Positions 24,922-29,062 of a stretch of DNA of 29,062 nt are shown here, piece by piece. The notes under the pieces were generated by a model. The model was not told the origin of the DNA, searched no databases, and worked only from the letters and a program-made list of their open reading frames with translations. Within the stretch, counting starts at the first letter, position 1. Each line of letters opens with the position of its first letter. The stretch is from an uncultured Verrucomicrobiales bacterium (GTDB taxonomy: Bacteria > Verrucomicrobiota > Verrucomicrobiia > Verrucomicrobiales > DEV007): NCBI GenBank assembly GCA_938091905.1, contig CALKOM010000087.1:1-29062 (forward strand). Reading direction: 5' to 3'. Both the position numbers and the translations under genes were made by a program.

Positions 24922-27078
24922 ATGGCGACAGACGAACAGACCTTTAGTGAATCTTGGTACCGCGTCGGGAATGAACGATTGCATCTACGGCCCGGTATTC
25001 GGGTTCAACGTCAGCGCTATCGAGGCGAACTCTGGTATGTGCTAGAGAATCCTTGGAGCAATCAATTCTTTCGCATGAGTCCGGAAGCTTACGCATTTGT
25101 GGGGCGTTTGCGGCCTGATCGTACGGTAGACGAAGTGTGGCAAGAGTGTATGAAGAAGTTTCCGGAGTCCGCTCCCGGACAGGGGGTGGTCATTCAGCTC
25201 CTGACACAGATTTACCATGCCAATCTGCTCCAATACCGAGTGGCCAATGATAGTCGGGAACTCTTTGAGCGTTCTCAGAAACGTCGTCAACGCGAGACGC
25301 GGGCTCGTTTCACGAATATCATGTTCATGAGGATTCCAATGGTGGATCCGGATCGTTTTCTTGATCGAACCCGTCAATTGGCGCACGTCGCCTTCTCATG
25401 GTTTGGTGGCCTTGTTTGGTTGTTGTTAGGTTTATTTGCGCTTAAGATTGTGGTCGAGAACTTTGACGCATTGAGGGATCAGAGCCAGGCTTTACTGTCA
25501 CCCGGAAATCTTCCGTGGCTGTACGTCTCCATCATTGTTGTGAAGCTTCTGCATGAGTTCGGTCATGCCTATGCTTGCAAGCGCTTCGGGGGTGAGGTGC
25601 ATACCATGGGGATCATGCTTCTGATCCTGACACCAATTCCTTACATGGATGCGACGTCCAGCTGGGGTTTTCGTAGTCGATGGAAGCGTATCCTAGTTGG
25701 AGCAGCGGGAATGCTCGTTGAGTCGTTTATTGCCGCTATTGCGACGATTATTTGGTTCAAGACGGCCCCAGGCGTGTTGCACAATGTGTGTTTCAACGTC
25801 ATCTTCATCGCCTCAGTCTCTACCCTGCTTTTCAATATCAACCCGCTCTTGCGGTTTGATGGCTACTACATCCTCTCGGACTTTCTGGAGATCCCCAACC
25901 TACATCAGCGGTCTGCTGGACAGCTAAAGCACCTTTGTAAGCGCTATCTCTTTGGAATGAAGCGTTCCGAGAGTCCTGCACGTTCTGGGCGTGAACGTTT
26001 CTGGATCACCGTCTTTGGCATTTTTAGCAATGTCTACCGACTGGTGGTTTTCACGGGGATTCTACTCTTCGTCGCGGACCGTTTTCTCATTCTCGGGGTC
26101 ATCATGGCCATTCTGTGTTTCGTGGGCTGGGTGGTTTTACCGTTAGTGAAACTTGCGCGCTATCTCTTCGCTGATCCTGAGTTGGATCAGCATCGCAAAC
26201 GAGCTCTTTGTGTCACCGTGCTCGTGATCGGCGGAATGCTAGCATTCCTCCAGTTCACACCCTTTCCAAGTCACTTTCGCGCTCCTGGAGTAGTGCAGGC
26301 CAAGATTCGAAGCGAAGTTTACGCCTTGGCGGGAGGGCGCATTGCTGAAGTGCTTGTGAAATCGGGATCGAGTGTCGAACGCGGGCAAGTGCTTGTTCGT
26401 TTGACAAGCAAGGATCTCGCGTATGAGCTCGCCCGAGCAGAAGCTGCCAAAGCGGAGATCGAGGCTCAGATGCTCGCCGCAATGGAGCAGGATCCGAGCG
26501 TGATGAAGCCGCTCACGTTTCAAATGGCCAGTGCGGATAAAGTTCTAACTCGGCTCCGCAAACAGGAATCGGATCTCGTGGTCAAGGCTGCTCACTCAGG
26601 AGTCTGGGTATCGCCTCAACTTGGTCAACGGATGAATACATGGGTGGGGCAAGGATCTCCCATTGGTTTGTTGTTAGATGATTCGGTATTCGTCTTCCGT
26701 GCTACGGTTGATCAGGATGATGCTAATCGATTGTTCAATCGAGAGCTAGAGGGTGTGGAAGCCCGACTCTTTGGACAAGCTGGAGAGGTGTTAGACATTG
26801 GCCGTGTTGAAGTGATCCAGGGTGAGCGCCGGCAACTGCCCTCTGCCGCATTGGGTTGGCAGGCAGGTGGGGAAGTGGCTACGGTCATGGATGATCCGAA
26901 TGGCCGACAGGCCGCAGAGCCCTTCTTTGAAGTTCGCGGTGAGGTTGTTCAAGTGGGGCGTGCCGTCCTTAGCCATGGGCATGCCGGGAAGATTCGATTT
27001 CCGGTTGGTGACGAGGCACTTTTGCCGCGAGTTGTTCGGCGGGGTCGTCAGCTCTTACAGAAACGTTATCAGTTGTGA
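24922..27078 (+). CDS. PqqD/RRE-like + M50 (site-2) intramembrane metalloprotease + membrane-fusion protein fusion
   Basis: HEFGH (25552-25566) and NINPLLRFDG (25834-25863) zinc motifs; several TM helices; C-terminal lipoyl/hairpin MFP; start ATG 24922 preceded by AAGGA. Confidence 0.88.
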   Translation: MATDEQTFSESWYRVGNERLHLRPGIRVQRQRYRGELWYVLENPWSNQFFRMSPEAYAFVGRLRPDRTVDEVWQECMKKFPESAPGQGVVIQLLTQIYHANLLQYRVANDSRELFERSQKRRQRETRARFTNIMFMRIPMVDPDRFLDRTRQLAHVAFSWFGGLVWLLLGLFALKIVVENFDALRDQSQALLSPGNLPWLYVSIIVVKLLHEFGHAYACKRFGGEVHTMGIMLLILTPIPYMDATSSWGFRSRWKRILVGAAGMLVESFIAAIATIIWFKTAPGVLHNVCFNVIFIASVSTLLFNINPLLRFDGYYILSDFLEIPNLHQRSAGQLKHLCKRYLFGMKRSESPARSGRERFWITVFGIFSNVYRLVVFTGILLFVADRFLILGVIMAILCFVGWVVLPLVKLARYLFADPELDQHRKRALCVTVLVIGGMLAFLQFTPFPSHFRAPGVVQAKIRSEVYALAGGRIAEVLVKSGSSVERGQVLVRLTSKDLAYELARAEAAKAEIEAQMLAAMEQDPSVMKPLTFQMASADKVLTRLRKQESDLVVKAAHSGVWVSPQLGQRMNTWVGQGSPIGLLLDDSVFVFRATVDQDDANRLFNRELEGVEARLFGQAGEVLDIGRVEVIQGERRQLPSAALGWQAGGEVATVMDDPNGRQAAEPFFEVRGEVVQVGRAVLSHGHAGKIRFPVGDEALLPRVVRRGRQLLQKRYQL

Positions 27079-28973
27079 TGACGGCGCAGCTTCAAAAACT
27101 TGCTCCATTACATCGAGGGGCAGATGCCCTTGTCTACGGTGCGATGGGGGCGTGGCGGCGGCGAGGCGCCACGGTGCGGGAGTGGCGTAAACATGCAGCG
27201 CGGGTAGAGGAATTCTCCTCGCAGTACGAAGCATTAGCTGAGGCTGATCTAAAGGAGCGAGTGAAGCTATGCCGGGAACGATGTATGCGAAAGGCTCGTC
27301 ACCTGGATGATGGGCTTCTTGTAGAAACGATGGCAGCGTTGCGGGAAGCTGCTGCAAGACAGCTAGGATTGCGAGCCTACGGCGTGCAGATCATGGGTGC
27401 CCTAGCATTGAACGAAGGCGGGCTTGCGGAAATGGCCACCGGCGAAGGAAAGACATTGGTCGCGGCGCTAGGAGCTGTCCTCAATGCATTTCGCGGTCGT
27501 CCGTGTCATGTGATCACGGTGAATGACTATCTCGTCACCCGCGACGCCAAGCGGATGCGCAATTTCTTTGAGTTCTGTGGCCTGTCATGTGGTGCCATTG
27601 TCGCGAGTATGTCACCAACTGAGAGGCGAAAGGTTTACCGGGGCGATATCACGTATGTCACCAGTAAGGAAGTGCTAGCTGATTTCCTCAGGGATCAATT
27701 GGCCTGTAATCAGGAGTCTCCTAGCGAGAGGCTTGGAAAAACAAAGCGTCAACGAGTGTTGGAACGAGGGCTTCTTTCGGCGATCGTGGACGAAGCCGAT
27801 TCTGTCTTGATTGATGAAGCGGTGACACCACTGATCATTTCGCAGACGCGTGAGAATGTTTCCCTAAGCGAATCGTCGCAACGTGGGGCAACCCTGGCAG
27901 ATCAGTTTGTGGAAGGGGAAGACTATGAGGTGAAGGCTTCCCGACGTGAGATTACGCTTACCAAGGTTGGTCAACGGAAGCTTGACGATCTAGGAGAAGA
28001 TCTTGGCGGTCTATGGAAGGCGCCACAGCGTCGTTGGGAACTCTTGCGTAGTGCATTGGTGGCCATAACGTTCTATGAGAAAGACAAACAGTATCTGATC
28101 AAGGATGGGAAAGTCGTGATTGTCGATGAGTTTACTGGACGTCCCATGCCTCAGCGGACTTGGCGACAGGGCCTTCACCAAGCGATTGAGGCCAAGGAGG
28201 GATTGGAGATCACGGCACCGAGTGAGACGGTGGCGCGGATGAGTTTCCAACGCTTCTTTCGGAGTTACCGGTATCTCTCTGGAATGACGGGCACTGCGCG
28301 AGAGGCAGCTTCCGAGTTCTGGCATATCTACCAAAGGCCTGTGGTTCGCATTCCGGTGAATCGTCCGTGTCAGAGATGCACGGTCCCAGTGCGGGCGTTT
28401 CGTGATCGTGATGAGAAATGGAAAGCGGTTGTTGAGAGCATCTGCGAGATCCACGAGACGGGACGGCCGATCCTTGTAGGTACCCGCAATGTCGAAGCGA
28501 GCGAGCAGCTTTCTCAGCGATTGCTTGAGGCAGGCTTGGTTTGTCAGGTGCTCAATGCTGCGCGCTTGGCGGAGGAAGCCCTGGTCATTGCAAAAGCCGG
28601 TGAGGCTGGCAGAATCACTATTGCCACGAATATGGCGGGTCGTGGTACAGACATTGTGATAGACAGGGATGTTGTTGATAAGGGCGGTTTGCATGTGATG
28701 GCAACGGAAGCCCATGAGTCGTCTCGGATCGATAGGCAGTTGTTTGGGCGTGCCGGGCGGCAAGGCGATCCTGGGAGTTCACAGCTATTCTTTAGTTTGG
28801 AAGATGAACTCGTGCAGAATCATCTTAGCGTTCGAGAGAGGCAATGGTTGCCCATGGGGAAAGCGCTGAGGAAGGCTCAGACCCGGGCTCAGCGTCAGGC
28901 CTACCAGAAAAGGCGGCGGGTACTTCAGATGGACGATTGGTTGGACAACGCGCTCTCATTTGCCTCATCCTAG
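27075..28973 (+). CDS. Accessory SecA-like DEAD-motor ATPase, C-terminally truncated (alternative start ATG 27078)
   Basis: MATGEGKT, TVNDYL, IVDEADSVLIDEA, IVDEFTGR..GLHQAIEAKE, GMTGTA, ATNMAGRGTDI, QLFGRAGRQGDPG, SLEDEL; only 632 aa. Confidence 0.93.
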   Translation: MMTAQLQKLAPLHRGADALVYGAMGAWRRRGATVREWRKHAARVEEFSSQYEALAEADLKERVKLCRERCMRKARHLDDGLLVETMAALREAAARQLGLRAYGVQIMGALALNEGGLAEMATGEGKTLVAALGAVLNAFRGRPCHVITVNDYLVTRDAKRMRNFFEFCGLSCGAIVASMSPTERRKVYRGDITYVTSKEVLADFLRDQLACNQESPSERLGKTKRQRVLERGLLSAIVDEADSVLIDEAVTPLIISQTRENVSLSESSQRGATLADQFVEGEDYEVKASRREITLTKVGQRKLDDLGEDLGGLWKAPQRRWELLRSALVAITFYEKDKQYLIKDGKVVIVDEFTGRPMPQRTWRQGLHQAIEAKEGLEITAPSETVARMSFQRFFRSYRYLSGMTGTAREAASEFWHIYQRPVVRIPVNRPCQRCTVPVRAFRDRDEKWKAVVESICEIHETGRPILVGTRNVEASEQLSQRLLEAGLVCQVLNAARLAEEALVIAKAGEAGRITIATNMAGRGTDIVIDRDVVDKGGLHVMATEAHESSRIDRQLFGRAGRQGDPGSSQLFFSLEDELVQNHLSVRERQWLPMGKALRKAQTRAQRQAYQKRRRVLQMDDWLDNALSFASS

Positions 28974-28976
28974 GTC

Positions 28977-29062
28977 ATGCGGTTTCTCGTCATTGTCTGC
29001 CTTATCGCGCTGGTGGGTTGTGCGGCGCGTCCCAGAGTACTCACTGAGTTTCATTCGGATGG
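28977..29062 (+). CDS. Putative lipoprotein, N-terminus only (runs off the window; not in the ORF track)
   Basis: ATG 3 nt after the secA-like stop: MRFLVIVCLIALVGCAARPRVLTEFHSD..., with lipobox LVG-C. Confidence 0.7.
   Translation, partial: MRFLVIVCLIALVGCAARPRVLTEFHSD

Noticed and set aside
22396..28763. Long antisense ORFs (22396-23067, 23835-24449, 28011-28763)
   Set aside because: Shadows of well-supported plus-strand genes, with no motifs of their own.
27075..28973. Calling this the housekeeping secA or a pseudogene
   Set aside because: It lacks the scaffold and wing domains yet keeps all motor motifs, ends cleanly and is coupled within a TolC/MFP operon.

Overview
A gene-dense bacterial chromosomal window, probably from the Verrucomicrobiota. 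This is an inference from the DUF1549/DUF1553-DUF1501 pair, the Tat-signal Gfo/Idh/MocA enzyme and a TGTTC-N4-GAACA LexA-type box. The first ~20 kb holds mostly housekeeping and PVC-typical genes: an ECF sigma factor with a putative anti-sigma, an EF-hand protein, a hydroxyproline epimerase, an SplB-like radical SAM protein, nrdR, a HIT hydrolase, an oxidoreductase and lactonase, speA, an Hsp15/S4 protein, an rRNA methyltransferase and a His-rich two-gene permease. The last ~8.3 kb is the highlight. It is a tightly coupled operon of TolC, a stand-alone membrane-fusion protein (MFP), a GAF-MFP fusion, a PqqD/RRE-like-M50 metalloprotease-MFP fusion, a C-terminally truncated SecA ATPase and a lipoprotein, with no ABC or RND pump in the window. 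It looks like a SecA-energised type-I-like secretion machine. Signals read directly from the DNA include a perfect LexA-type box and two NrdR-type boxes in one 140-bp divergent promoter, three 11-bp-phased TGTCA (Pho-box-like) repeats, a radical SAM gene with no in-frame canonical start codon, and a frameshifted membrane-protein gene. No rRNA, tRNA, CRISPR array or IS element was recognised. All family assignments come from motif recognition by eye, not database searches.
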